Source: Candidatus Ornithospirochaeta avicola
GTDB taxonomy: Bacteria > Spirochaetota > Spirochaetia > Sphaerochaetales > Sphaerochaetaceae
Length of the DNA: 64,000 bases
Reading direction: 5' to 3'
Assembly (NCBI GenBank): GCA_019113245.1
Contig: DXHU01000013.1
Location: forward strand, 6,965-70,964
Every line of letters starts with the position of its first letter. The first letter of the stretch is position 1. Below the pieces are notes generated by a model. The model saw only the letters and a list, made by a program, of their open reading frames with translations, was not told where the DNA came from and searched no databases. Made by a program: the position numbers and the translations under genes. Positions 31,603 to 43,267 of the stretch are shown in pieces.

Positions 31603-32631
31603 GTGAAATTTTATAATTCAGCTATGCTTTTATACATAAATTACCCCTCGTGGATAAGTCCATATGTGTTCTCCTTCCTTCCTGTAAGGTGGTATGCACT
31701 CATGTATGTTGTGGCTTTTGCCATCTCATACATGCTTTTTTCATATGAAATGAAGAAGGACGGCATTCTAAAAATGACAAAAGATGAGAGGGACAGTCTG
31801 TATTTTATAGCAATACTCCTGCTTCTTATCGGAGCCCGTCTCTTTTCCTGCCTGTTCTACAGTGATACGACATACTATCTGACACATCCCTGGATGATAT
31901 TCTGGCCGTTTGAGAATGGCCAGTTTGTAGGCCTTCCCGGCATGAGCTATCATGGAGGAGTTGCAGGATGCATCCTCGGAGGATGGATTTTCTCAAGAAA
32001 ATACAAAAAGAGCTTTCTGCAGATTGCAGATGCAGTATGCGCATCTATTCCCCTCGGATACACATTCGGAAGACTTGGAAATTTCATAAATGCCGAACTC
32101 TATGGAAGAGTGACAGATTCACCTGTTGGAATGATTTTCCCTACAGCAGAAAGGTTTTCGGCAGATGAGGCCTGGGTAAGGGAGATAGCTGACAAGGTTG
32201 GCATCCTTTATTCTACGGGGGACATGATAAACCTTCCTCGTCATCCTGCTCAGCTTTATGAGGCTTTCTTTGAGGGAATAGTCCTTTTCCTGATTCTCTG
32301 GTTCATTTTCCGTCCTCTCAGGATAAAGGGAAAGACAAAGGACGGGGTGATAATAGGAGCATATCTCTTCTTTTACGGGCTTTTCCGTTTTATAATCGAA
32401 TATTTCAGGGAGCCTGACAGGAATATCGGCTATGTTTTGTCCCTTGGAGAGGGAAGTGAGAATATTGCACTGTTTACATCCTGGCTGAATATATCAAAAG
32501 GACAGGTTTTCTGCTTCCTGATGATTATTCTGGGACTTGGTATTATATTATTTGCAGAAAAAAGAGGCAGAAATGATGATAAAAGAAAGAATAGAAAAAC
32601 TGAGAAAGCTGTTAAAAGAAAGAAACATTGA
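31603..32631 (+). CDS. lgt: Prolipoprotein diacylglyceryl transferase
   Basis: 'GRLGNFINAELYGR' signature, multiple TM segments, Lys/Arg-rich tail. Start ambiguous (GTG 31603 or ATG 31624). Confidence 0.88.
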   Translation: MKFYNSAMLLYINYPSWISPYVFSFLPVRWYALMYVVAFAISYMLFSYEMKKDGILKMTKDERDSLYFIAILLLLIGARLFSCLFYSDTTYYLTHPWMIFWPFENGQFVGLPGMSYHGGVAGCILGGWIFSRKYKKSFLQIADAVCASIPLGYTFGRLGNFINAELYGRVTDSPVGMIFPTAERFSADEAWVREIADKVGILYSTGDMINLPRHPAQLYEAFFEGIVLFLILWFIFRPLRIKGKTKDGVIIGAYLFFYGLFRFIIEYFREPDRNIGYVLSLGEGSENIALFTSWLNISKGQVFCFLMIILGLGIILFAEKRGRNDDKRKNRKTEKAVKRKKH

Positions 32632-34315
32632 TGCTTTTTACATCACAGGAAGTGATGCGCATCAGAGTGAGTATGTCGCCCCCAGATGGAGGGGAAGAGA
32701 GTATCTGACAGGCTTTTCTGGCTCCAGCGGAAGCGTGGTCATAACACAGAAAAGAGCAGCCCTTTTCACAGACAGCAGATATTTCATTCAGGCAGCAAGA
32801 GAAATAGAGAAGCATGGCGTAATATTAATGAAGAGCGGGACAAGTGATCCGGATCCTGTTGAGTACATAAAGAGAGAAGCAGGAGAAAAGGCAAATGTTG
32901 CAGTGGATGCATCTGAAATATCGATTTCAGAATTCAGGGCGATGCAGAAAGCTCTTTCTCCTCTTACTTTGACAGCCGCAGAAGATATTCTTTCTCTTAT
33001 CTGGACAGACCGTTATCCTGTTCCTTTTTCGCCTGTGGTGATGCTTTCTGATGATATTACAGGAGAAAAGAGCAGTGACAAGATAGAGAGAGTACGTGAT
33101 GAGATAAAAAAGAAAGGAGCAGCCTGGACATTCATTTCATCTCTTGACGACATTGCTTGGCTTACTAACTTAAGGGCATCGGATATACCGCATAATCCGG
33201 TTTTCTATGCCTATATGCTCATAACAGAGAAAGAAGCAATACTTTATACAGACATTAACAGGTTTGAGTGCCTTGATAATCTTCCTTTCTCCGTCAAGCC
33301 GTATGAAGAAGCAATAAGCGATATAGAAAATCATATAGCAGGGACTGGATATATAAACGACAAAAGAGTCAGCATGAGCTTTTCCTTCCTTGAGAAATAC
33401 AGCCTGATTGTCGGCAGGGATGTCACAACAGACATGAAGGCACAGAAGAATGAAAGAGAAATGGAAGGAATGAGGAAAGCCCATCTTGACGATGCTGTAA
33501 GCTATGTCAATTTCCTTTCCCGTCTGGAAAGAGAAGGAGCTGGGGATGAGATTGCTGTATCTGACATGCTCGAAAGAGAAAGAGAGAAAAGAGAGGATTA
33601 CCTTGAAAGCTCCTTTTCCCCGATCTCAGCTTTCGCTTCAAATGGAGCAATGTGCCACTACAGTGCAAGCGAGGAGTCAAACAGAAAGATTACCCGAGGT
33701 CTTCTTGTTCTCGATACAGGCGGTCAGTATAAAGGCGGCACCACAGATATAACAAGAACCCTGCTGTTTGGAGAAGCAACAGAAGAAGAAAAGAGGGATT
33801 ATACTCTTGTTCTGAAGGGCCATCTTGCCCTCTCTAGGCAGAAATTCATAAAAGGAACTACCGGCTGCCAGCTGGATGTGCTTGCCCATCAGTTTTTGTG
33901 GAACGAGGGAATGAGCTATTTTCACGGCACAGGGCATGGAGTCGGATGCCGCCTGAATGTCCATGAGGGTCCGATGAATATATCAACACGATTAGTTGAT
34001 GTGCCTCTTCTTCCAAAAATGGTTATATCAGATGAGCCTGGACTGTATAAGGAAAACAGGCATGGAATAAGGATAGAAAACCTTATTGCAGTCAAAGAAG
34101 ACATGAATACAGAGTTCGGTACATTCTATTCATTTGAAGTTCTTACCCTTGTTCCTTATGAAAAGAGACTTATTGACATGAGTCTTTTGACAGAAATTGA
34201 GACAGCTCAGATTGATATGTATCATGAAAGGGTGAGAAAGGCTTTGATGCCATATGTGGAAAAGGATGCTGTCAAATACCTTGAAAAAGCAACTAGTCCA
34301 CTGAAGGAAAAGTAA
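32573..34315 (+). CDS. pepP: Xaa-Pro aminopeptidase (M24B, creatinase-like N-domains)
   Basis: 'HGTGHGVG' and 'SDEPGLY' metal-ligand motifs. Start at 'MMIKERIEKL' overlaps the lgt tail by 59 nt. Confidence 0.85.
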   Translation: MMIKERIEKLRKLLKERNIDAFYITGSDAHQSEYVAPRWRGREYLTGFSGSSGSVVITQKRAALFTDSRYFIQAAREIEKHGVILMKSGTSDPDPVEYIKREAGEKANVAVDASEISISEFRAMQKALSPLTLTAAEDILSLIWTDRYPVPFSPVVMLSDDITGEKSSDKIERVRDEIKKKGAAWTFISSLDDIAWLTNLRASDIPHNPVFYAYMLITEKEAILYTDINRFECLDNLPFSVKPYEEAISDIENHIAGTGYINDKRVSMSFSFLEKYSLIVGRDVTTDMKAQKNEREMEGMRKAHLDDAVSYVNFLSRLEREGAGDEIAVSDMLEREREKREDYLESSFSPISAFASNGAMCHYSASEESNRKITRGLLVLDTGGQYKGGTTDITRTLLFGEATEEEKRDYTLVLKGHLALSRQKFIKGTTGCQLDVLAHQFLWNEGMSYFHGTGHGVGCRLNVHEGPMNISTRLVDVPLLPKMVISDEPGLYKENRHGIRIENLIAVKEDMNTEFGTFYSFEVLTLVPYEKRLIDMSLLTEIETAQIDMYHERVRKALMPYVEKDAVKYLEKATSPLKEK

Positions 34316-34346
34316 ATATAATCTAAAGAGACAAGGAGAAAATACA

Positions 34347-35996
34347 ATGCTTGAACCACTTGTGAAAAACGGAAAGGTAAACCGAAAGGGCCCTGTGATG
34401 CTTGTAATCATGGATGGTGTCGGTTATGGAAAATATGAGGACGGAGATGCAGTAAAGCAGGCTGTCACAAAGAATCTTGATAATCTTCTCTCAACTTGTC
34501 CCAATACAAAACTCAAGGCTCACGGACTGGCTGTCGGCCTCCCCTCTGATGCAGATATGGGAAACAGCGAGGTCGGACATAACGCAATGGGCTGCGGAAG
34601 AGTTTTTGCCCAGGGAGCAAAGCTTGTAAAGAATGCAATTGATTCAAAGCTCATGTTCAGCGGAGAGAGCTGGAAGAAGCTTGTAAAGAATGTAAAGGAC
34701 AATGGAAGCACTCTTCATTTCATCGGTCTTCTTTCTGATGGAAATGTCCACTCTAACATCGACAACCTTGAGAAGATGATTATTGAGGCAAAGGAAGAAG
34801 GAGTGAAGAAGGTAAGAGTCCACGCCCTTCTTGACGGAAGAGATGTAGGAGAGACAAGCGCTCTTGAATATTTCGATCCATTTGATGAATTCCTTAAAAA
34901 ACTCAGCGCAGACGGCACATTCGATGCAAAGATTGCATCAGGCGGCGGAAGAATGGTAATCACTATGGACCGCTATAATGCCAACTGGGACATGGTGAAG
35001 AAGGGATGGCAGACACATGTTCTTGGAGAGGGTAGGTATTTTGCTTCTGCTCATGAGGCAATTGAGACTCTCAGAAAGGAAACAGGAGCAATTGACCAGG
35101 ATATTCCTCCTTTTGTAATTGCAGAAGACGGCAAGCCTGTTGGAACAATTGAAGACAATGACAGCGTAATCCTTTTCAATTTCCGAGGCGACAGGGCAAT
35201 CGAGATTTCCAGAGCCTTCGATGAGAAGGATTTCTCAGAGTTTGACAGAGTCAGATATCCTAAGGTTGAATATGCTGGAATGATGGAGTATGACGGAGAC
35301 CTTCATATCCCTTCACAGTATCTTGTTTCTCCTCCGCAGATTGACAGGACTCTTGCAGAGTATCTGTGTGCAAGCGGAGTAAAGCAGTTCAGCATCTCTG
35401 AGACTCAGAAGTTCGGACATGTGACATATTTCTTCAACGGAAACAAGAGCGGCAAGTTCTCTGACAAGCTTGAAGAGTATGTGGAGATCAAGTCAGACAA
35501 GGTTCCTTTCGAGCAGAGACCATGGATGAAGTGCGCAGAGATCACAGACCGAGTCATCGAGGAAATCGAGAGCGGAAAGTGGGACCTTATAAAGCTCAAT
35601 TATCCTAATGGAGATATGGTAGGACACACAGGAGTCTTCGAGGCTGTAGTATGCTCGATGGAAGCCATGGATCTTCAGATCGGAAGGCTTAAAGAGGCTA
35701 TCGAGAAAGCTGGAGGCGTGATGGTTGTCACAGCAGACCACGGCAATGCCGATGATATGTATGAGCACAACAAGAAGGGAGAAATCTCAAGAAAAGCAGA
35801 TGGAGAACCGAAGGCAAAGACAAGTCACTCACTCAATCCTGTTCCCTGCATCATCTACGATCCTTGCTATGGCGGAGAATATGAGACAGATCTCAATGAA
35901 GGTCTTGGAATTTCCTCAATTCCTGCAACGCTGATGAATCTTCTCGGCTATGATGCTCCTGCTGATTATGACAAGAGTATTATCAATTTGAAGTAA
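34347..35996 (+). CDS. gpmI: 2,3-bisphosphoglycerate-independent phosphoglycerate mutase
   Basis: 'MGNSEVGHNAMG' catalytic Ser motif, 'TADHGNAD', 549 aa. Confidence 0.93.
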   Translation: MLEPLVKNGKVNRKGPVMLVIMDGVGYGKYEDGDAVKQAVTKNLDNLLSTCPNTKLKAHGLAVGLPSDADMGNSEVGHNAMGCGRVFAQGAKLVKNAIDSKLMFSGESWKKLVKNVKDNGSTLHFIGLLSDGNVHSNIDNLEKMIIEAKEEGVKKVRVHALLDGRDVGETSALEYFDPFDEFLKKLSADGTFDAKIASGGGRMVITMDRYNANWDMVKKGWQTHVLGEGRYFASAHEAIETLRKETGAIDQDIPPFVIAEDGKPVGTIEDNDSVILFNFRGDRAIEISRAFDEKDFSEFDRVRYPKVEYAGMMEYDGDLHIPSQYLVSPPQIDRTLAEYLCASGVKQFSISETQKFGHVTYFFNGNKSGKFSDKLEEYVEIKSDKVPFEQRPWMKCAEITDRVIEEIESGKWDLIKLNYPNGDMVGHTGVFEAVVCSMEAMDLQIGRLKEAIEKAGGVMVVTADHGNADDMYEHNKKGEISRKADGEPKAKTSHSLNPVPCIIYDPCYGGEYETDLNEGLGISSIPATLMNLLGYDAPADYDKSIINLK

Positions 35997-36018
35997 GCTG
36001 ATCAAAACAGAAAAACAC

Positions 36019-36054
36019 AAGGAGCCTTTGTATCAAGCAGGGGCTCCTTTTTTA
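36019..36054. terminator. Bidirectional terminator between convergent gpmI and 36063..36812
   Basis: AAGGAGCC (36019-36026) / GGCTCCTT (36042-36049) with T-runs on both strands. Confidence 0.6.
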
Positions 36055-36062
36055 TATTCCAA

Positions 36063-36812
36063 TCAGAGACTTTCTTTGCTTGTAATTATGAGCATTATAC
36101 TTGCAATTGCAAAAATAAGTGGGAATATGATTACGTTGACAAGAGTTGCAGAAGAGAGGAAGATGCCCGCATTTCCGATTACAAGCAGGATGTATGTAAT
36201 GCATCTTTTAAGGTTTCTTCTGGTCTTGTCATTTATTATGGCGACTATGAAAGAGATTATGCTGACTACATTAATCATATAGATTGCATAATTGAGATAT
36301 ACATCATAAACAGACCCGAAGTTGATACTGCTGGCATCACTTGAGTTACTTCCTGGAGCAAGAACAGAAAGAAGGAAAGAAAAGCAGAGTGAGATTATAA
36401 GGTAATTGACAAGCTGTTTGAAATTGCTTCCCATGTACATCAGAGAAGAGAATACGAAAAGCAGGGAAGTAGAGATGAATGAAAACCTAATAATCACATT
36501 CATTACAAGCGGGTTCAATACCATTATCTTTGAGCATGTGTAAAAGAAGGGAAGCACGCTTGAACATTCAAGAGAGAGAAAAAGGAATAAAAGCGGAAGC
36601 AGCTCGCCCTCCGGAGTATGTGAATGGTGCTTCACTTTTATGATTATATTTGCCAGCAGAGAGAAGAAAAGCACAAAGGCAAGAGGTATTGTCTCAAGCA
36701 TGACAGGATAAATATTGCGGCTGTCCATGAAGCACAGAGAAAGAATTGCAGAGAAGAATATTACAAAGAGAATATTCAGTACAGATATTATATTAGAGGC
36801 TGTCTTGCTCAT
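36063..36812 (-). CDS. Polytopic membrane protein, hypothetical
   Basis: 249 aa, hydrophobic throughout. 4-nt overlap with the upstream gene. Confidence 0.45.
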   Translation of the reverse strand: MSKTASNIISVLNILFVIFFSAILSLCFMDSRNIYPVMLETIPLAFVLFFSLLANIIIKVKHHSHTPEGELLPLLFLFLSLECSSVLPFFYTCSKIMVLNPLVMNVIIRFSFISTSLLFVFSSLMYMGSNFKQLVNYLIISLCFSFLLSVLAPGSNSSDASSINFGSVYDVYLNYAIYMINVVSIISFIVAIINDKTRRNLKRCITYILLVIGNAGIFLSSATLVNVIIFPLIFAIASIMLIITSKESL

Positions 36813-38047
36813 AATGTATCCCTTCCTGCTACTGTTATATCGCTACCGCTTTTTATTGAGATTGCCTTTGTGATAAAAAGGGAAATAACAGCATCAAGAG
36901 CGCATGCCATTCCGTTTACAAGCATTAAAATGGAAAGAAGAGAAGATTCTGCGCCAAAAAATGAATTTCCTGTCACAGCTGCAATCAAAACAGGTATCAA
37001 AAGGACCTCAAGGGATGGAGTCAGGAAAGATATGAAGGAAAACAGGAATGCAAAGCATGCAGTCTCAAGAATGAAAGAAGTGCCTGTTTCAAAGCCAATT
37101 GCCTTGTAAAGCGAAAGCGCTGTGAAGAGAGAAAAAGCAGCGCTTCCCCCTTTTGCGAGAATGTAGGAGACAGAGACAGAGAAATTTCCTATCTTCTTCT
37201 GCACTCCGCAGTTCATTCTTGATGCTGTATAAGAAAGAGGCATCGTAAAGACATTGGATCCTGTCATCAGACTGGAAATTAATACAGCAAGACACCTGTA
37301 GAGAATCCTGAATGGATTTTCTTTTCCTTTTGTGTAAATGGCAAATGAAATGACAGATACGGCAAGAACAGCAAAAAACAGAAGAGCAAGGCTTAAGAAG
37401 AAAGAGGGGCGGACAAGAATTGTCGCATCATTTAAAAGAGTGATGAACATGGATACGCTCATGAAATAAAGGGCGATGTATCCATAAGAAAAGAAAGCCC
37501 TTGAGATTTTCATCATGACTTCAGAAAAGCTGTTCATCACAGCAAATGCCGGACGGATGGCATCAGAAGACGGTTTGAAGAAATATCCGAAGAAAATGCA
37601 TATGAGAATCAGAGGCACGACATAGCTTGCGCTCACTGCTATCGTGTAAAAAGGATTTGCAGGAGAAAGATTGTCCACTGCTCTCAGCAGCGATGAGATT
37701 GCATAATCAGAATAGATGCTCCCGCTTCCTCCTGCACTGGATGTCACAGGAAAAGATGAAGGAAGAAGAGCAAAAAGAATTGCTGCTACGGCAACAGAGA
37801 GCAGAGTGGTTGCAACTGAGCATAAAAGAATCCTCTTGAAAGAAGAAAAAGCCATATTATCCCTTCTAAGAGAAGCGACAGATGAAGTCAGAGAGAAAAC
37901 AAGAAGGGGAATGAGCACAAATACAGATATGTTGAAGCTTATATCAGAAAGAACTGAAAAGATATAAGCGGCATTTGCTGAGTGGAAAAGTAGCGCTGTT
38001 GAAAATGCAAAAAGAACTGAGAAAATATATGTGATACTGCTTTTCAT
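36809..38047 (-). CDS. Divergent dicarboxylate/amino acid:cation symporter-like membrane protein
   Basis: 'LIPLLVFSLTSSVASL' and 'GSNVFTMPLSYT...AKGGSAAF' resemble SDF-family motifs. Start set to Met20 (38047), because the longer ORF runs into the cassette inverted repeat. Confidence 0.4.
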   Translation of the reverse strand: MKSSITYIFSVLFAFSTALLFHSANAAYIFSVLSDISFNISVFVLIPLLVFSLTSSVASLRRDNMAFSSFKRILLCSVATTLLSVAVAAILFALLPSSFPVTSSAGGSGSIYSDYAISSLLRAVDNLSPANPFYTIAVSASYVVPLILICIFFGYFFKPSSDAIRPAFAVMNSFSEVMMKISRAFFSYGYIALYFMSVSMFITLLNDATILVRPSFFLSLALLFFAVLAVSVISFAIYTKGKENPFRILYRCLAVLISSLMTGSNVFTMPLSYTASRMNCGVQKKIGNFSVSVSYILAKGGSAAFSLFTALSLYKAIGFETGTSFILETACFAFLFSFISFLTPSLEVLLIPVLIAAVTGNSFFGAESSLLSILMLVNGMACALDAVISLFITKAISIKSGSDITVAGRDTL

Positions 38048-38090
38048 AGAAAAAATTATAGTACCTCTGAAAATGAGGGTCAACAAAAAG

Positions 38091-38125
38091 GGGGACCATA
38101 GCACGGCAATGTCGTTTAGTTAAGG
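38091..38125 (+). repeat. Cassette inverted repeat, left (GGGGACCATAGCACGGCAATGTCGTTTAGTTAAGG)
   Basis: Outer 7/7 and inner 17/19 positions match the reverse complement of the right repeat. The central ATAGCAC is flipped relative to the arms. Confidence 0.6.
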
Positions 38126-38218
38126 AATCTTGGTGGTTCCGAGACCACGGCATTCCGAGAGCCCTGTTAAGTTAATAACCAGCTGGAAACGGGGTTGAAC
38201 CTCCCCGCCATACAGAAA

Positions 38219-38258
38219 GACCACAGCCTCCTCAAAAACGGGGACTGTGGCCTTTTTT
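38219..38258 (+). terminator. Hairpin + T-run module inside left cassette end
   Basis: CCACAG (38221-26) / CTGTGG (38245-50) followed by TTTTTT (38253-58). Homologous to the module at 43554-43590 in inverted orientation. Confidence 0.45.
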
Positions 38259-38360
38259 ATGTGAGGTGGATGACTTATATCTGCGGACGAGTAATGGAAA
38301 TTGATTTTCCTGGTGGATGCTGGTACATGACGGAATGAGCCATCCCTGCTGGAATGGGTG

Positions 38361-39689
38361 TCATGCGACCCTACAGTTGAAACAGATGACGCTTTTGGGC
38401 CGGAGCTTCCGTTTGTCGCTCCTTCCCGGCCTGACGGGTTCGACATACCGGCGCATCAGCTCTCGGATATCGATATTGATGCTGTTATTCAGGAAAGAGA
38501 AGCAGATGTGTTTCGCCTGGGAGAAGTTGACTTTGTAGACATGGACGTTCTCTTCCGGTTGTTCGATGATTACCGAGTTCGCTATGCGGGCGCAGAAGTT
38601 GTACATGAGGAGCCGTGCGAAGATCTCCTGCATGATGGACTCCTCCTTCCGCGAGTGGAGGTTCGTCAGCCCGATGGCGCACTTCAGCCATCTGAAGGAC
38701 GTCTCGATGCCCCAGCGCAGGTGGTACAATTCCTTTAGCTTTACGATGGGGAAATGGTTTCGGCCCAATGATGTCACCAGCGTCTCGTATTCACCGGTCT
38801 CCAGCTGGAATCTGACCACACGCAGTCTCATCAAATACGGTGACGGATGGAACCATGATACATCCTTCTTCCTTTTTCCGAACTTGCTCGGCCCTGGAAG
38901 GATTTTGACTTTTCCCTCAGCAAAGAGATGCTTCGTCTCCTTGGTCTGCTCGGTGACGATGGTGAAGGAGATGTCGGTATCGAATTCTGCCATCGGCATC
39001 CGCGCCAACTCCGAGATGAAACCATTCGGAACCCTGAAGAGAAAATCAACGTTCTGGTCACGGATCGTCTCCATGAGGTCAAGGGACGCATACCCTCTGT
39101 CAGCGATGACGATTGTGCGGCAGGATGATTTTTGCAACCGCTTCACCATCATGCGGGCGGCCTCTACCTCGTGCTCCTTGGGCGCGGATTGGACTACGCA
39201 GTCGAGAAAGGTGTTGTTGAGGATGTCATACAGGGCGTTCAGATGCAGCTGGTTGAACCCAGTATCCGACCTGTTGTTCGGTGGGAAGTAGGTATCGGAA
39301 TCAGGATTGAGTGCGATGTTCACGTCATAGCCGTCCACTGCAATGAGGCGGTAGCCCTGATAGAGATTCAGATCGTTCACTCCCGTATCGGCATTGAATC
39401 TTCTGAAAGCCTCCTCGAATGCTTCATGCCTGATCTTTCCGCGCTGCTGGACAAATGCGGACTTGGTGATGAATGGATTGTCCGGCTGGAGATTGTAGAG
39501 ATCGCAGAGTTCCTTGTTGAGAGAGTTACCTTCCATATAGAGCACCGCCTTCATTGTCTCTGCGAACGGCAGTTTCCTTCTCCTGCTGAAGTCGCGTCCC
39601 GGAGACATGACGAACCGTTCGGCCTCCTTTTCGAGGTCGTTCAGATTGGAGATGAGGATGTTCCGGTAGCTTTCCTCGAATCCTGCCAT
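38361..39689 (-). CDS. IS4-family DDE transposase
   Basis: 'IADRGYAS' (second D region) and the Y-(2)-R-(3)-E-(6)-K signature 'YHLRWGIETSFRWLK'. GC-rich with stop-free antisense frames. Start set at 'MAGFEESY' (39689). IS ends not identified. Confidence 0.88.
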   Translation of the reverse strand: MAGFEESYRNILISNLNDLEKEAERFVMSPGRDFSRRRKLPFAETMKAVLYMEGNSLNKELCDLYNLQPDNPFITKSAFVQQRGKIRHEAFEEAFRRFNADTGVNDLNLYQGYRLIAVDGYDVNIALNPDSDTYFPPNNRSDTGFNQLHLNALYDILNNTFLDCVVQSAPKEHEVEAARMMVKRLQKSSCRTIVIADRGYASLDLMETIRDQNVDFLFRVPNGFISELARMPMAEFDTDISFTIVTEQTKETKHLFAEGKVKILPGPSKFGKRKKDVSWFHPSPYLMRLRVVRFQLETGEYETLVTSLGRNHFPIVKLKELYHLRWGIETSFRWLKCAIGLTNLHSRKEESIMQEIFARLLMYNFCARIANSVIIEQPEENVHVYKVNFSQAKHICFSFLNNSINIDIRELMRRYVEPVRPGRSDKRKLRPKSVICFNCRVA

Positions 39690-39940
39690 GTCTTTCCTAT
39701 TCAACAATTCAATATAATGAGGTGAAAATCTCGCCGTTGCACATATTTTTATAAGTATAGATTTCTGGAATGACAAGGAAAAAGTCTCAAAATAATGCGA
39801 TTTTCGGTCACATATCCTCATATAGGATTATGATATTGAATACAATCTGATATAAGGCTTATGTACTCAATATATTAATCCATATTACTTGTTTTCTGCG
39901 TCAATCTGCTATACTATGTACAAAGGATATCGACAGGACG

Positions 39941-40627
39941 ATGAATACACCGAAGAATGGCAAATACGATAGATTGGCAACGAAGTTCTGGCACAACGTC
40001 GATTTCGTACTGAGGGAGCGTGGAATGACATGGAAGGAGCTTGCGTGTAAGCTCGACATAGACCCTCGTACCCTGTCCTCCAAGAAGTCCAGCAACAGCA
40101 ACGTCTCGATCGGCAGTGCGAAGGAGATGGCTGAAGCTCTCGGTACCAGCGTTGACCGCCTGATCTATGGGAACCCGGAGAATATTAACAAATTGAATGC
40201 TTTGAACGCCTCGCTCCCTGTCATGACTCAATATTCTATGATATACTTCTTCCTTTGTAGGGAGGTTGGTCATGCCGTCGAAACAGGACAAGGAAGTCAT
40301 ACAGGAACAGGTCGAGGATCTTTACAACAAGATTGCCGATCTGCTTGCCGAGGTCAACATCAAATGGGCAGACCTCGCACGGCTCATAGGACTGAGTCCG
40401 AAGACGCTGTCCAGCATGCGTTCACAGAAGGTAAATCCGAGCTTCACGACGATAAGAAGGATTGCCGAAGCTCTCGACATCTCCATGGACGAGCTGTTGT
40501 ACGACCACTCGAAGGCTCCTCATCTATACGAGTTCTACTGGGCCGTTCCGCGTGCAATCAGGGATATAGAGCTCCAGGACATGACATGCAACCAATGTTT
40601 GACCATCGCCTATGTCACCGGCCATAA
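39941..40627 (+). CDS. XRE-type HTH protein (only the first ~90 aa look domain-like)
   Basis: 'MTWKELACKLDIDPRTLSSKKSS..NVSIGSAKEMAEALGTSVDRLIYG'. The ORF then runs stop-free out of frame across the next gene, so the real end is uncertain. Confidence 0.4.
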   Translation: MNTPKNGKYDRLATKFWHNVDFVLRERGMTWKELACKLDIDPRTLSSKKSSNSNVSIGSAKEMAEALGTSVDRLIYGNPENINKLNALNASLPVMTQYSMIYFFLCREVGHAVETGQGSHTGTGRGSLQQDCRSACRGQHQMGRPRTAHRTESEDAVQHAFTEGKSELHDDKKDCRSSRHLHGRAVVRPLEGSSSIRVLLGRSACNQGYRAPGHDMQPMFDHRLCHRP

Positions 40628-40724
40628 GAACATGACCGAGTTCAGGCACCGGACTGATATCAGACGAGACGAGATCCATGAGAAACTGGCAGAGATCAAG
40701 AAGAAGGAAAAGGAGAATAAATAG
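40272..40724 (+). CDS. XRE-type HTH protein (controller-like), paralogous to 39941
   Basis: 'IKWADLARLIGLSPKTLSSMRSQKVNPSFTTIRRIAEALDISMDELLY'. GGGAGG RBS 7-8 nt before ATG 40272. Its stop abuts the methyltransferase ATG. Confidence 0.6.
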   Translation: MPSKQDKEVIQEQVEDLYNKIADLLAEVNIKWADLARLIGLSPKTLSSMRSQKVNPSFTTIRRIAEALDISMDELLYDHSKAPHLYEFYWAVPRAIRDIELQDMTCNQCLTIAYVTGHKNMTEFRHRTDIRRDEIHEKLAEIKKKEKENK

Positions 40725-42137
<1,413 letters not shown>

Positions 42138-43267
42138 TGTATCGAAAGGCTTCGTATTCGACAGAAATGAAAACAAGGGGCTTTTTGGCCTCAGCGGGAA
42201 GCTCATCATCCAGCCTGAATATCAGCGCAATTACATATACGACGACGGAGGTCGCGACGTGAAGGTCGTGGAGTCCCTTCTGAAGGGATATCCGATTGGG
42301 CTCCTGTATTTCGTCAGGAACGCAGACGGGATGTATGAAGTGCTTGATGGCCAACAGAGGATTACATCGTTCGCACGGTTCGTGAATCAGTCGTGGCCGT
42401 TTGCCGTCGAACGCAGCGGGAAGCCGCGTTACTTCAACAGCCTCGATGATGACGACAAGAACCGTCTCATAAACACACAGCTCACCATTTACGTATGCGA
42501 AGGCACGCCGTCTGAGATACAGTCATGGTTTGAGACAATCAACATAGCAGGTGTTCCGCTCAATAAACAGGAACTCAGAAATTCAGCATATCACGGCCCG
42601 TTTGTCACTGCTGCGAGGAAGGTCTTCTCAAATCCTGAGAATGCCAATATGAACCGCTGGAAGACCTATGTAAGCGGAGATCCCAAAAGGCAGCAGATTC
42701 TTGAGACGGCATTGGACTGGGTAAGCGATGGCAATATAGAAAGCTACATGGCAAAGCATCGTGACAATGGTGACATCAAGGAACTGGTGAACCATTTTGA
42801 AACCGTTATCGATTGGATTGATGGAATATTCGAATATACAGGCAAAGAGATGTGTGGGCAGGAGTGGGGTAAGCTCTATGGGGAATACCACAATAATCCA
42901 TATGCTAAGGATGATGTATCCTCCCAGTTTGATAAGCTTTTGGACGACCCGTTTGTCACGAACAAACGCGGAATCCCTGAATATATTCTGGGTGGAAGCA
43001 CAGAGAAGCAGCTTCTTAATATACGGGTTTTCGATGAAGCCATCAAAAGAAAGGTGTATAAGAAGCAGACTGCGGAAGCCGAAGCAGAAGGTGTTTCAAA
43101 CTGCCCGCTCTGCGCAGTTGGTGATGGTCCGAATTCCAAAAGAATCTATAAGCTCAGTGAGATGGATGCCGATCATGTGACGGCTTGGAGCAGAGGGGGA
43201 GCGACAAACGAGGATAACTGCCAGATGCTCTGCAAGACCCATAACAGATCAAAAGGGAACAGATAGA

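Noticed and set aside
38105-38260. Riboswitch or leader RNA for the transporter-like gene
   Set aside because: Most of it is homologous to the module at 43554-43650, which lies in inverted orientation and is not upstream of any gene. A repeat or cassette-end interpretation therefore fits better. The left-specific insert is kept as a low-interest finding.
38358-39725. Several plus-strand ORFs (38358..38738, 38566..39291, 39132..39725)
   Set aside because: They are antisense or alternative frames of the GC-rich IS4 transposase gene. High GC suppresses stop codons, and the transposase frame carries the YREK signature.
38261-39727. Terminal inverted repeats or direct repeats of the IS4-family element (for example TGAGGTG at ~38262 and ~39718)
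   Set aside because: Only a 7-nt direct match was found, and no convincing inverted termini could be found by eye. The IS boundaries are left undefined.
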